64,000 nt of DNA from Eledone cirrhosa (Eukaryota). The position numbers and the translations under genes were made by a program. Where the stretch lies: NCBI GenBank assembly GCA_964016885.1, contig OZ024747.1:92442001-92506000 (forward strand), given 5' to 3'. The notes beneath the pieces are model-generated. The model saw nothing but the letters and a program-made list of their open reading frames with translations, searched no databases and was not told the origin of the DNA. Shown here one piece after another: positions 37,101 to 50,852 of this stretch; within the stretch, counting starts at the first letter, position 1, and the number at the start of each line of letters is the position of its first letter.

Positions 37101-40100
37101 GGCTGAAGGATGAGGTTTATCTACTAAAATAGAAACACTGTCTCAACTATGGCTGAAGGATGAGGTTTATCTACTAAAATAGAAACAATGTCTCAACTAT
37201 GGCTGAAGGATGAGGTTTATCTACTAAAATAGGAACACTGTCTCAACAATGGGTGAAGGGTTGAGGTTTATCTACTAAAATAGAAACACTGTCTCAACTA
37301 TTGGTGAAGGGTTGCGGTTTATCTACTAAAATAGGAACACTGTCTCAACTATGGCTGAAGGGATGAGGTTTATCTACTAAAATAGAAACACTGTATCAAC
37401 AATGGGTGAAGGATGAGGTTTATCTACTAAAATAGAAACACTGTCTCAACAATGGGTGAAGGATGAGGTTTATCTACTAAAATAGAAACACTGTCTCAAC
37501 TATGGGTGAAGGTTGAGGTTTATCTACTAAAATAGTAACACTGTCTCAACAATGTGTGAAGGGTTGAGGTTTATCTACTAAAATAGAAACACTGTCTCAA
37601 CTATGGCTGAAGGGTTGAGGTTTATCTACTAAAATAGGAACACTGTCTCAACTATTGGTGAAGGGTAGCGGTTTATCTACTAAAATAGAAACACTGTCTC
37701 AACTATGGCTGAAGGATGAGGTTTATCTACTAAAATAGAAACACTGTCTCAACAATGGCTGAAGGATGAGGTTTATCTACTAAAATAGAAACACTGTCTC
37801 AACTATGGCTGAAGGATGAGGTTTATCTACTAAAATAGAAACACTGTCTCAACTATGGCTGAAGGATGAGGTTTATCTACTAAAATAGAAACACTGTCTC
37901 AACTATGGCTGAAGGATGAGGTTTATCTACTAAAATAGAAACACTGTCTCAACAATGGGTGAAGGATGAGGTTTATCTACTAAAATAGGAACACTGTCTC
38001 AACAATGGGTGAAGGGTTGAGGTTTATCTACTAAAATAGAAACACTGTCTCAACAATGGGTGAAGGGTTGCGGTTTATCTACTAAAATAGAAACAGGTCT
38101 CAACAATGGGTGAAGGTTGAGGTTTATCTACTAAAATAGAAACAATGTCTCATCAATGGGTGAAGGTTGAGGTTTATCTGCTAAAATAGAAACAATGTCT
38201 CAATTATGGCTGAAGGATGAGGTTTATCTACTAAAATAGAAACACTGTCTCAACAATGGGAGAAGGGTTGCGGTTTATCTACTAAAATAGAAACAATGTC
38301 TCAATTATGGGTGAAGGGTTGCGGTTTATCTACTAAAATAGGAACACTGTCTCAACAATGGGTGAAGGGTTGAGGTTTATCTCCTAAAATAGGAACACTG
38401 TCTCAACTATGGGTGAAGGGTTGAGGTTTATCTACTAAAATAGGAACACTGTCTCAACAATGGGTGAAGGTTGAGGTTTATCTACTAAAATAGAAACACT
38501 GTCTCAACAATGGGTGAAGGGTTGAGACTTATCTACTAAAATAGAAACACTGTCTCAACAATGGGTGAAAGGCTGAGGTTTATCTACTAAAATAGAAACA
38601 CTGTCTCAACAATGGGTGAAGGTTGAGGTTTATCTACTAAAATAGAAACACTGTCTCAACAATGGGTGAAGGGTTGAGGTTTATCTACTAAAATAGAAAC
38701 ACTGTCTCAACAATGGGTGAAGGGTTGAGACTTATCTACTAAAATAGAAACACTGTCTCAACAATGGGTGAAAGGCTGAGGTTTATCTACTAAAATAGAA
38801 ACACTGTCTCAACAATGGGTGAAGGTTGAGGTTTATCTACTAAAATAGAAACACTGTCTCAACAATGGGTGAAGGATGAGGCTTATCTACTAAAATAGAA
38901 ACACTGTCTCAACAATGGGTGAAGGGTTGAGGCTTATCTACTAAAATAGAAACACTGTCTCAACAATGGGTGAAGGTTGAGGTTTATCTACTAAAATAGA
39001 AACACTGTCTCAACAATGGGTGAAGGATGAGGTTTATCTACTAAAATAGAAACACTGTCTCAACAATGGGTGAAGGGTTGAGGCTTATCTACTAAAATAG
39101 AAACACTGTCTCAACAATGGGTGAAGGGTTGAGGTTTATCTACTAAAATAGAAACACTGTCTCAACAATGGGTGAAGGGTTGAGGCTTATCTACTAAAAT
39201 AGAAACACTGTCTCAACAATGGGTGAAGGGTTGCGGTTTATCTACTAAAATAGAAACACTGTCTCAACAATGGGTGAAGGGTTGCGGTTTATCTAATAAA
39301 ATAGAAACACTGTCTCAACAATTGGTGAAGGATGAGGTTTATCTACTAAAATAGAAACACTTCACAACTATGGCTGAAGGATGAGGTTTATCTACTAAAA
39401 TAGAAACAATGTCTCAACAATGGGTGAAGGGTTGAGATTTATCTACTAAAATAGAAACAATGTCTCAATTATGGCTGAAGGATGAGGTTTATCTACTAAA
39501 ATAGAAACACTGTCTCAACTATGGCTGAAGGATGAGGTTTATCTACTAAAATAGAAACAATGTCTCAACTATGGCTGAAGGATGAGGTTTATCTACTAAA
39601 ATAGGAACACTGTCTCAACAATGGGTGAAGGGTTGAGGTTTATCTACTAAAATAGAAACACTGTCTCAACTATTGGTGAAGGGTTGCGGTTTATCTACTA
39701 AAATAGGAACACTGTCTCAACTATGGCTGAAGGGATGAGGTTTATCTACTAAAATAGAAACACTGTATCAACAATGGGTGAAGGATGAGGTTTATCTACT
39801 AAAATAGAAACACTGTCTCAACAATGGGTGAAGGATGAGGTTTATCTACTAAAATAGAAACACTGTCTCAACTATGGGTGAAGGTTGAGGTTTATCTACT
39901 AAAATAGTAACACTGTCTCAACAATGTGTGAAGGGTTGAGGTTTATCTACTAAAATAGAAACACTGTCTCAACTATGGCTGAAGGGTTGAGGTTTATCTA
40001 CTAAAATAGGAACACTGTCTCAACTATTGGTGAAGGGTAGCGGTTTATCTACTAAAATAGAAACACTGTCTCAACTATGGCTGAAGGATGAGGTTTATCT

Positions 40101-43100
40101 ACTAAAATAGAAACACTGTCTCAACAATGGCTGAAGGATGAGGTTTATCTACTAAAATAGAAACACTGTCTCAACTATGGCTGAAGGATGAGGTTTATCT
40201 ACTAAAATAGAAACACTGTCTCAACTATGGCTGAAGGATGAGGTTTATCTACTAAAATAGAAACACTGTCTCAACTATGGCTGAAGGATGAGGTTTATCT
40301 ACTAAAATAGAAACACTGTCTCAACAATGGGTGAAGGATGAGGTTTATCTACTAAAATAGGAACACTGTCTCAACAATGGGTGAAGGGTTGAGGTTTATC
40401 TACTAAAATAGAAACACTGTCTCAACAATGGGTGAAGGGTTGCGGTTTATCTACTAAAATAGAAACAGGTCTCAACAATGGGTGAAGGTTGAGGTTTATC
40501 TACTAAAATAGAAACAATGTCTCATCAATGGGTGAAGGTTGAGGTTTATCTGCTAAAATAGAAACAATGTCTCAATTATGGCTGAAGGATGAGGTTTATC
40601 TACTAAAATAGAAACACTGTCTCAACAATGGGAGAAGGGTTGCGGTTTATCTACTAAAATAGAAACAATGTCTCAATTATGGGTGAAGGGTTGCGGTTTA
40701 TCTACTAAAATAGGAACACTGTCTCAACAATGGGTGAAGGGTTGAGGTTTATCTCCTAAAATAGGAACACTGTCTCAACTATGGGTGAAGGGTTGAGGTT
40801 TATCTACTAAAATAGGAACACTGTCTCAACAATGGGTGAAGGTTGAGGTTTATCTACTAAAATAGAAACACTGTCTCAACAATGGGTGAAGGGTTGAGAC
40901 TTATCTACTAAAATAGAAACACTGTCTCAACAATGGGTGAAAGGCTGAGGTTTATCTACTAAAATAGAAACACTGTCTCAACAATGGGTGAAGGTTGAGG
41001 TTTATCTACTAAAATAGAAACACTGTCTCAACAATGGGTGAAGGGTTGAGGTTTATCTACTAAAATAGAAACACTGTCTCAACAATGGGTGAAGGGTTGA
41101 GACTTATCTACTAAAATAGAAACACTGTCTCAACAATGGGTGAAAGGCTGAGGTTTATCTACTAAAATAGAAACACTGTCTCAACAATGGGTGAAGGTTG
41201 AGGTTTATCTACTAAAATAGAAACACTGTCTCAACAATGGGTGAAGGATGAGGCTTATCTACTAAAATAGAAACACTGTCTCAACAATGGGTGAAGGGTT
41301 GAGGCTTATCTACTAAAATAGAAACACTGTCTCAACAATGGGTGAAGGTTGAGGTTTATCTACTAAAATAGAAACACTGTCTCAACAATGGGTGAAGGAT
41401 GAGGTTTATCTACTAAAATAGAATCAATGTCTCAACTATGGCTGAAGGATGAGGTTTATCTACTAAAATAGAAACACTGTCTCAACTATGGCTGAAGGAT
41501 GAGGTTTATCTACTAAAATAGGAACACTGTCTCAACAATGGGTGAAGGGTTGAGGTTTATCTACTAAAATAGAAACAATGTCTCAACTATGGCTGAAGGA
41601 TGAGGTTTATCTACTAAAATAGGAACACTGTCTCAACAATGGGTGAAGGGTTGAGGTTTATCTACTAAAATAGAAACACTGTCTCAACTATTGGTGAAGG
41701 GTTGCGGTTTATCTACTAAAATAGAAACACTGTCTCAACAATGGCTGAAGGGTTGAGGTTTATCTACTAAAATAGAAACACTGTATCAACAATGGGTGAA
41801 AGATGAGGTTTATCTACTAAAATAGAAACACTGTCTCAACTATGGGTGAAGGTTGAGGTTTATCTACTAAAATAGAAACACTGTCTCAACAATGTGTGAA
41901 GGGTTGAGGTTTATCTACTAAAATAGAAACACTGTCTCAACTATGGCTGAAGGGTTGAGGTTTATCTACTAAAATAGGAACACTGTCTCAACTATTGGTG
42001 AAGGGTTGCGGTTTATCTACTAAAATAGAAACACTGTCTCAACTATGGCTGAAGGATGAGGTTTATCTACTAAAATAGAAACACTGTCTCAACTATGGCT
42101 GAAGGATGAGGTTTATCTACTAAAATAGAAACACTGTCTCAACAATGGCTGAAGGATGAGGTTTATCTACTAAAATAGAAACACTGTCTCAACTATGGCT
42201 GAAGGATGAGGTTTATCTACTAAAATAGAAACACTGTCTCAACAATGGCTGAAGGATGAGGTTTATCTACTAAAATAGAAACACTGTCTCAACTATGGCT
42301 GAAGGATGAGGTTTATCTACTAAAATAGAAACACTGTCTCAACTATGGCTGAAGGATGAGGTTTATCTACTAAAATAGAAACACTGTCTCAACTATGGCT
42401 GAAGGATGAGGTTTATCTACTAAAATAGAAACACTGTCTCAACTATGGGTGAAGGGTTGAGGTTTATCTACTAAAATAGGAACACTGTCTCAACAATGGG
42501 TGAAGGGTTGCGGTTTATCTACTAAAATAGGAACACTGTCTCAACTATGGGTGAAGGGCTGAGGTTAATCTACTAAAATAGAAACACTGTCTCAACAACG
42601 GGTGAAGGGTTGAGGCTTATCTACTAAAATAGAAACACTGTCTCAACAATGGGTGAAGGGTTGAGGTTTATCTACTAAAATAGAAACACTGTCTCAACAA
42701 TGGGTGAAGGGTTGAGGCTTATCTACTAAAATAGAAACACTGTCTCAACAATGGGTGAAGGGTTGCGGTTTATCTACTAAAATAGAAACACTGTCTCAAC
42801 AATGGGTGAAGGGTTGCGGTTTATCTACTAAAATAGAAACACTGTCTCAACAATGGGTGAAGGATGAGGTTTATCTACTAAAATAGAAACACTTCACAAC
42901 TATGGCTGAAGGATGAGGTTTATCTACTAAAATAGAAACAATGTCTCAACAATGGCTGAAGGATGAGGTTTATCTACTAAAATAGAAACACTGTCTCAAC
43001 AATGGGTGAAGGGTTGAGATTTATCTACTAAAATAGAAACAATGTCTCAATTATGGCTGAAGGATGAGGTTTATCTACTAAAATAGAAACACTGTCTCAA

Positions 43101-46100
43101 CAATGGGTGAAGGGTTGAGGTTTATCTACTAAAATAGAAACACTGTCTCAACTATGGCAGAAGGATGAGGTTTATCTACTAAAATAGAAACACTGTCTCA
43201 ACTATGGCTGAAGGATGAGGTTTATCTACTAAAATAGAAACACTGTCTCAACAATGGGTGAAGGTTGAGGTTTATCTACTAAAATAGAAACACTGTCTCA
43301 ACAATGGGTGAAGGGTTGAGGTTTATCTACTAAAATAGAAACACTGTCTCAACAATGGGTGAAGGGTTGAGACTTATCTACTAAAATAGAAACACTGTCT
43401 CAACAATGGGTGAAAGGCTGAGGTTTATCTACTAAAATAGAAACACTGTCTCAACAATGGGTGAAGGTTGAGGTTTATCTACTAAAATAGAAACACTGTC
43501 TCAACAATGGGTGAAGGATGAGGCTTATCTACTAAAATAGAAACACTGTCTCAACAATGGGTGAAGGGTTGAGGCTTATCTACTAAAATAGAAACACTGT
43601 CTCAACAATGGGTGAAGGTTGAGGTTTATCTACTAAAATAGAAACACTGTCTCAACAATGGGTGAAGGATGAGGTTTATCTACTAAAATAGAATCAATGT
43701 CTCAACTATGGCTGAAGGATGAGGTTTATCTACTAAAATAGAAACACTGTCTCAACTATGGCTGAAGGATGAGGTTTATCTACTAAAATAGGAACACTGT
43801 CTCAACAATGGGTGAAGGGTTGAGGTTTATCTACTAAAATAGAAACAATGTCTCAACTATGGCTGAAGGATGAGGTTTATCTACTAAAATAGGAACACTG
43901 TCTCAACAATGGGTGAAGGGTTGAGGTTTATCTACTAAAATAGAAACACTGTCTCAACTATTGGTGAAGGGTTGCGGTTTATCTACTAAAATAGAAACAC
44001 TGTCTCAACAATGGCTGAAGGGTTGAGGTTTATCTACTAAAATAGAAACACTGTATCAACAATGGGTGAAAGATGAGGTTTATCTACTAAAATAGAAACA
44101 CTGTCTCAACTATGGGTGAAGGTTGAGGTTTATCTACTAAAATAGAAACACTGTCTCAACAATGTGTGAAGGGTTGAGGTTTATCTACTAAAATAGAAAC
44201 ACTGTCTCAACTATGGCTGAAGGGTTGAGGTTTATCTACTAAAATAGGAACACTGTCTCAACTATTGGTGAAGGGTTGCGGTTTATCTACTAAAATAGAA
44301 ACACTGTCTCAACTATGGCTGAAGGATGAGGTTTATCTACTAAAATAGAAACACTGTCTCAACTATGGCTGAAGGATGAGGTTTATCTACTAAAATAGAA
44401 ACACTGTCTCAACAATGGCTGAAGGATGAGGTTTATCTACTAAAATAGAAACACTGTCTCAACTATGGCTGAAGGATGAGGTTTATCTACTAAAATAGAA
44501 ACACTGTCTCAACAATGGCTGAAGGATGAGGTTTATCTACTAAAATAGAAACACTGTCTCAACTATGGCTGAAGGATGAGGTTTATCTACTAAAATAGAA
44601 ACACTGTCTCAACTATGGCTGAAGGATGAGGTTTATCTACTAAAATAGAAACACTGTCTCAACTATGACTGAAGGATGAGGTTTATCTACTAAAATAGAA
44701 ACACTGTCTCAACTATGGGTGAAGGGTTGAGGTTTATCTACTAAAATAGGAACACTGTCTCAACAATGGGTGAAGGGTTGCGGTTTATCTACTAAAATAG
44801 GAACACTGTCTCAACTATGGGTGAAGGGCTGAGGTTAATCTACTAAAATAGAAACACTGTCTCAACAATGGGTGAAGGGTTGAGGCTTATCTACTAAAAT
44901 AGAAACACTGTCTCAACAATGGGTGAAGGGTTGAGGTTTATCTACTAAAATAGAAACACTGTCTCAACAATGGGTGAAGGGTTGAGGCTTATCTACTAAA
45001 ATAGAAACACTGTCTCAACAATGGGTGAAGGGTTGCGGTTTATCTACTAAAATAGAAACACTGTCTCAACAATGGGTGAAGGGTTGCGGTTTATCTACTA
45101 AAATAGAAACACTGTCTCAACAATGGGTGAAGGATGAGGTTTATCTACTAAAATAGAAACACTTCACAACTATGGCTGAAGGATGAGGTTTATCTACTAA
45201 AATAGAAACAATGTCTCAACAATGGCTGAAGGATGAGGTTTATCTACTAAAATAGAAACACTGTCTCAACAATGGGTGAAGGGTTGAGATTTATCTACTA
45301 AAATAGAAACAATGTCTCAATTATGGCTGAAGGATGAGGTTTATCTACTAAAATAGAAACACTGTCTCAACAATGGGTGAAGGGTTGAGGTTTATCTACT
45401 AAAATAGAAACACTGTCTCAACTATGGCAGAAGGATGAGGTTTATCTACTAAAATAGAAACACTGTCTCAACTATGGCTGAAGGATGAGGTTTATCTACT
45501 AAAATAGAAACACTGTCTCAACTATGGCTGAAGGATGAGGTTTATCTACTAAAATAGGAACACTGTCTCAACAATGGGTGAAGGGTTGAGGTTTATCTAC
45601 TAAAATAGAAACACTGTCTCAACTATTGGTGAAGGGTTGCGGTTTATCTACTAAAATAGAAACACTGTCTCAACTATGGCTGAAGGGTTGAGGTTTATCT
45701 ACTAAAATAGAAACACTGTATCAACAATGGGTGAAGGATGAGGTTTATCTACTAAAATAGAAACACTGTCTCAACAATGGGTGAAGGATGAGGTTTATCT
45801 ACTAAAATAGAAACACTGTCTCAACTATGGGTGAAGGTTGAGGTTTATCTACTAAAATAGTAACACTGTCTCAACAATGTGTGAAGGGTTGAGGTTTATC
45901 TACCAAAATAGAAACACTATCTCAACTATGGCTGAAGGGTTGAGGTTTATCTACTAAAATAGGAACACTGTCTCAACAATGGGTGAAGGTTGAGGTTTAT
46001 CTACTAAAATAGAAACACTGTCTCAACTATGGCTGAAGGATGAGGTTTATCTACTAAAATAGAAACACTGTCTCAACAATGGCTGAAGGATGAGGTTTAT

Positions 46101-47526
46101 CTACTAAAATAGAAACACTGTCTCATCTATGGCTGAAGGATGAGGTTTATCTACTAAAATAGAAACACTGTCTCAACTATGGCTGAAGGATGAGGTTTAT
46201 CTACTAAAATAGAAACACTGTCTCAACAATGGCTGAAGAATGAGGTTTATCTACTAAAATAGAAACACTGTCTCAACAATGGGTGAAGGATGAGGTTTAT
46301 CTACTAAAATAGGAACACTGTCTCAACAATGGGTGAAGGGCTGAGGTTTATCTACTAAAATAGAAACACTGTCTCAACAATGGGTGAAGGGTTGAGGTTT
46401 ATCTACTAAAATAGAAACACTGTCTCAACAATGGGTGAAGGGTTGCGGTTTATCTACTAAAATAGAAACACTGTCTCAACAATGGGTGAAGGTTGAGGTT
46501 TATCTACTAAAATAGAAACAATGTCTCAACAATGGGTGAAGGTTGAGGTTTATCTACTAAAATAGAAACAATGTCTCAATTATGGCTGAAGGATGAGGTT
46601 TATCTACTAAAATAGAAACACTGTCTCAACAATGGGTGAAGGGTTGCTGTTTATCTACTAAAATAGAAACAATGTCTCAATTATGGCTGAAGGATGAGGT
46701 TTATCTACTAAAATAGAAACACTGTCTCAACTATTGGTGAAGGGTTGCGGTTTATCTACTAAAATAGAAACACTGTCTCAACTATGGGTGAAGGGTTGCG
46801 GTTTATCTACTAAAATAGGAACACTGTCTCAACAATGGGTGAAGGGTTGAGGTTTATCTCCTAAAATAGGAACACTCTCAACTATGGGTGAAGGGTTGAG
46901 GTTTATCTACTAAAATAGGAACACTGTCTCAACTATTGGTGAAGGGTTGAGGTTTATCTACTAAAATAGGAACACTGTCTCAACAATGGGTGAAGGATGA
47001 GGTTTATCTACTAAAATAGGAACACTGTATCAACAATGGGTGAAGGGTTGCGGTTTATCTACTAAAATAGAAACACTGTCTCAACAATGGGTGAAGGTTG
47101 AGGTTTATCTACTAAAATAGAAACAATGTCTCAACAATGAGTGAAGGTTGAGGTTTATCTACTAAAATAGAAACAATGTCTCAATTATGGCTGAAGGATG
47201 AGGTTTATCTACTAAAATAGAAACACTGTCTCAACAATGGGTGAAGGGTTGCGGTTTATCTACTAAAATAGAAACACTGTCTCAACTATGGGTGAAGGGT
47301 TGCGGTTTATCTACTAAAATAGGAACACTGTCTCAACAATGGGTGAAGGGTTGACGTTTATCTCCTAAAATAGGAACACTGTCTCAACTATGGGTGAAGG
47401 TTTGAGGTTTATCTACTAAAATAGGAACACTGTCTCAATAATGGGTGAAGGGTTGCGGTTTATCTACTAAAATAGAAACACTGTCTCAACTATGGCTGAA
47501 GGATGAAGTTTATCTACTAAAATAGG
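31191..47526. repeat. Satellite array, 50/51-bp monomer, roughly 320-325 copies, with higher-order repeats
   Basis: Consensus agaaacactgtctcaac(t/a)atgg(c/g)tgaagg(a/gt/t)tgaggtttatctactaaaat, with no visible interruption over 16.3 kb. Confidence 0.98.
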
Positions 47527-47619
47527 ATCAAATATGTTAGAAACTTACATTTGAATTTTATCAAAAAGAGAAAGAAGACCAACAGAAGCATAAGCTCAGA
47601 CGTTAGTACAGTATACAAG

Positions 47620-47955
47620 GGTGAAGAAGGGGAAGTACCGGTCGCTCTCCGACAGGTTTGGAGTCGTGCCTTTGCGGTGGAGACTTCTGGTGTCCTTGGC
47701 TCTAGAGCTATCTCCCTACTCACCACCATAGGCGCTGAGCTGGCCAGCCGCAGGTGTGAGCCTCGCGAGATGGAATGCCTCTTCCAGCGCATCTCCCTCA
47801 CCATCCTCCGGGGAAACGCCTTCTCCATTCTGTCCACCGGGGCCGATGGGGAGGCCAGCACGTGAGACCCAATTTGCTCACCATACACAGAGATGGGGAA
47901 GGCGAGAGAGATGGAGACGATGACGGTGGGGGTTCGTCTCTTCCGTGTTCGGACA
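47620..47955 (+). mobile_element. CRE-clade retrotransposon 3' fragment (restriction-like endonuclease C-terminus)
   Basis: KYRSLSDRF then (frameshift) FAVETSGVLGSRAISLLTTIGAELASRRCEPREMECLFQRISLTILRGNAFSILS, fitting the VPFAVETxG...QRISxxIxRGNA signature. Confidence 0.85.
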
Positions 47956-48114
47956 CATTGCCCCTGTCATGAGGATCATGTGATGATTTCAGTTTCTGAT
48001 GGTTTTGCTTTCAGTTCCTTAGAGGAAAGATAATTGTTTCTACATTTGGCAGCTATTTAGATTGATTATCAAATGGTTCATGTACGAAAGTTGGCCCTCT
48101 AATTGGAGATCATT

Positions 48115-48512
48115 ATCGGTGGATTGGCAGTGTCGGTAGAGGGTCGGACATCATGCTTTGCAGCATAGAGTTACAACCCTTTACGTTCTGAATTAAAATC
48201 CCGCCGAGGTTAACTTTGCCTTTTATCCTTACGGGGGTCGATAACATAAAGTACCAGTAATGCACTGGGGTAATTGCTGGCCTTGTACCAAAAAGTAGGA
48301 ACAATTATTATCTTTCCTCTAGTCGACATTCACCTTCCCTTAAAGGCCAGCAATTTGAAGGGAAGGGGAAAGTCGGCTAAATCGATCCCAGTGCGTTACT
48401 GGTACTTTATTTTATCGAGGTTAGCTTTGCCTTTCATCCCTACGAGGTCGATAAAATAAAGTACCAGTAACGCACTGGGGTCGATTTAGTCGACTATCCC
48501 CTTCCCTTCAAA
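48115..48512. mobile_element. SINE family A copy followed by an inverted SINE-tail pair
   Basis: Full copy at 48115-48310; 48354-48417 is the reverse complement of 48449-48512. Confidence 0.8.
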
Positions 48513-48840
48513 GGAGAGAGGGTAATGGGCTCTGAGTCTAGAGCGTGATGGTGTTTGGGCTGCGCCCCGCAGACAATGGCCACCATGCACTGTTCTTCAA
48601 TCCTTTTGGCATTCTTGGTTTTTTTTTATTATCTTGTTGGGCTTTTTAGAGACCCCCACCCCAAACTCCCAGTCCCTGATCAGGCTAGCTGTAGTCAGGG
48701 GAAAATGGTTAGTAACCGACAACCTACCAACACTTAACAGCTTTTAAATAATTAAAAGCACAATATGACAGATTCTCATTCATTATGGTGTAGTGATTTC
48801 TGTTAGTAGTTGGTAAACACACACTATCCCTACCCTACTC

Positions 48841-48892
<52 letters not shown>

Positions 48893-49209
48893 ACACACAC
48901 ACACATATATATAATTACATATAGTTATAATTCAGGCTACCTGCATACGAAATCTTAGAATTTTATCAGTTAACAAGACTTCGTTTACATTAGTTATTTG
49001 AGGAACGATGCAACAAGCTTACTAAGCAGTAAATCTCAAATTGCGTGTATATTTATATTTATGTATATCTATGTCTCTCTCCATATATATATACATGCAT
49101 ATGAGGTAAAAGAAGAGATAATAAGATAATAAAGTAGTTGTGTGTAAATTAAAAATAAATAACTACACTGCCTCAGTGTAAGTATGTGTCTGTGACACAT
49201 GTGTATATA

Positions 49210-49282
49210 CAGCAGGTCCGAACACAAAGGAACCAAACTCCCACTGTCACTGTCCCCGTCTCTCCTACTCTCCCCATTGTTC
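49210..49282 (-). mobile_element. CRE-clade 3' UTR fragment
   Basis: caggtccgaacacaaaggaaccaaactccca matches 26920-26950. Confidence 0.7.
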
Positions 49283-49538
49283 ACTATTATGAGCGCGTTT
49301 TCGTTGTTTTTCTCTTTTCTTCCCCTTTTTTCCCTTTTCCTTTCTATTTTCCTTCCCTCTCTCCTCCGTTTTCCCAATAACTTACCTAGTTATTGAACGC
49401 ACTGGGGGTAGATATATTGTCTTTAAAGCGTTGAGATATCCGAGACCCCTTGTAGAAACTAATGAGGAAAACTCTCCCCCCGTTCTTGCCTTCTTCTTAA
49501 CTAGCAACTACACAGCCTTCCTATTCTCCATTTATATA

Positions 49539-49598
<60 letters not shown>

Positions 49599-49651
49599 AT
49601 ATATATAGTGACGAAACATAAGTCAATTGCATGAACTCATAATCCTTTATT

Positions 49652-49708
49652 TACTGCTATATATATTTCGATGATAGCTATTGAATGGCTATGACCTCAT
49701 CAGGCAGT
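49652..49708 (-). ncRNA. Type I hammerhead ribozyme motif in a Penelope-like remnant (49610-50110)
   Basis: Minus strand: actgc-CTGATGA-ggtcatagc-cattcaata-gctatcatc-GAAA-TATATA-TA-gcagt, with helix I actgc/gcagt and palindromic helix III. Confidence 0.8.
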
Positions 49709-50158
49709 TAGTCAGTTCTTAGATATGCCAGCTCTGTGTTTATAGTGTTGATGGTATCAGAGCCTTGGGACATATGAGCTTGTTAGGAATAATTTAATGT
49801 TGTCAGCAGGAATAATCTTAATTCTCATTGGTCAGTTTGTAGATGGTAGTAGGGTTGGTATTTGACCTCAAAGAGGCAGGTGGTTTTGTAAAGTTCAAAC
49901 CGTCAGGCAAGATGACAATAGTTCCATATGACTGATTTTCACAAAAAGCATTCCTGGTCAGATATATATCCAATTAAAGTTAATAGTATGAAATAGATAC
50001 TACAGGTCATTCTTAAATTGAGGAATTTATGTGGAGTGGTGCTACTGAAAATTATGGTTAGAGTAGAACATTTACAAATAAAAAGACTTATGTAGACTGG
50101 CTTGCCCATGCACTCACACCCACCTCCACAGACACACACACACATCCACACATACAAA

Positions 50159-50240
50159 TTGAGGAATTAATGTGGGGTAGAGAGCTGAACGTATGAGTGT
50201 CCAGCAAAAGTTCAGCTCTCTACCCCACATTAATTCCTCA

Positions 50241-50241
<1 letters not shown>
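50159..50241. repeat. Perfect 32-bp-arm hairpin with 19-nt loop
   Basis: ttgaggaattaatgtggggtagagagctgaac / gttcagctctctaccccacattaattcctcaa; loop plus right arm reappear inverted at 50750-50782. Confidence 0.9.
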
Positions 50242-50271
<30 letters not shown>

Positions 50272-50338
50272 TAGCGGCACTCTGTCGCGTACGACGAAGA
50301 GTGTTCCAATTGATATGATCAAGAGAACACACATACAG

Positions 50339-50425
<87 letters not shown>

Positions 50426-50802
50426 CAAGACACCCGGCAAAGGGCGGAGGAACTCAGCAGAGTCAACGGCCATCCTATTTTTTTTTTTTTAAGTTATACG
50501 AAGAGTTTAAAATCCGAGGCATAAACAGCTGAGGGCTGTCATTGTATTTTCCATGGCAAACATTTGCGCCGAAGATATGTGTCGTCAATTCCAAAAAGTG
50601 TGGTTGGTGCTACTCAGGCCTTCACCACTTAAAACAAAACTGTGTGTGGGTAGTTCAGCATCAGTTCACTTTCTTGCATTTCCGCCAGTCTTTTGCAGGC
50701 AGAGTCCGTAGGCGATGGAGATTGAAATGTCACATGAGACACCGCCATCCAGAGAGCTGAACTTTTGCTGGACACTCATACGTCGGATATCGACGGGAGG
50801 GT

Positions 50803-50852
<50 letters not shown>

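Noticed and set aside
31191-47526. Satellite as a CRISPR-like array (constant part plus variable part)
   Set aside because: Variable positions are a few recurring point variants, not unique spacers; eukaryotic context; no cas genes.
31191-47526. Satellite monomer as a hammerhead ribozyme (CTGAAGGA...GAAACACTGTC)
   Set aside because: GAAAC..GTC is present but the CUGANGA box is not (CTGAAGG or GGATGA), and helix I cannot be formed in register.
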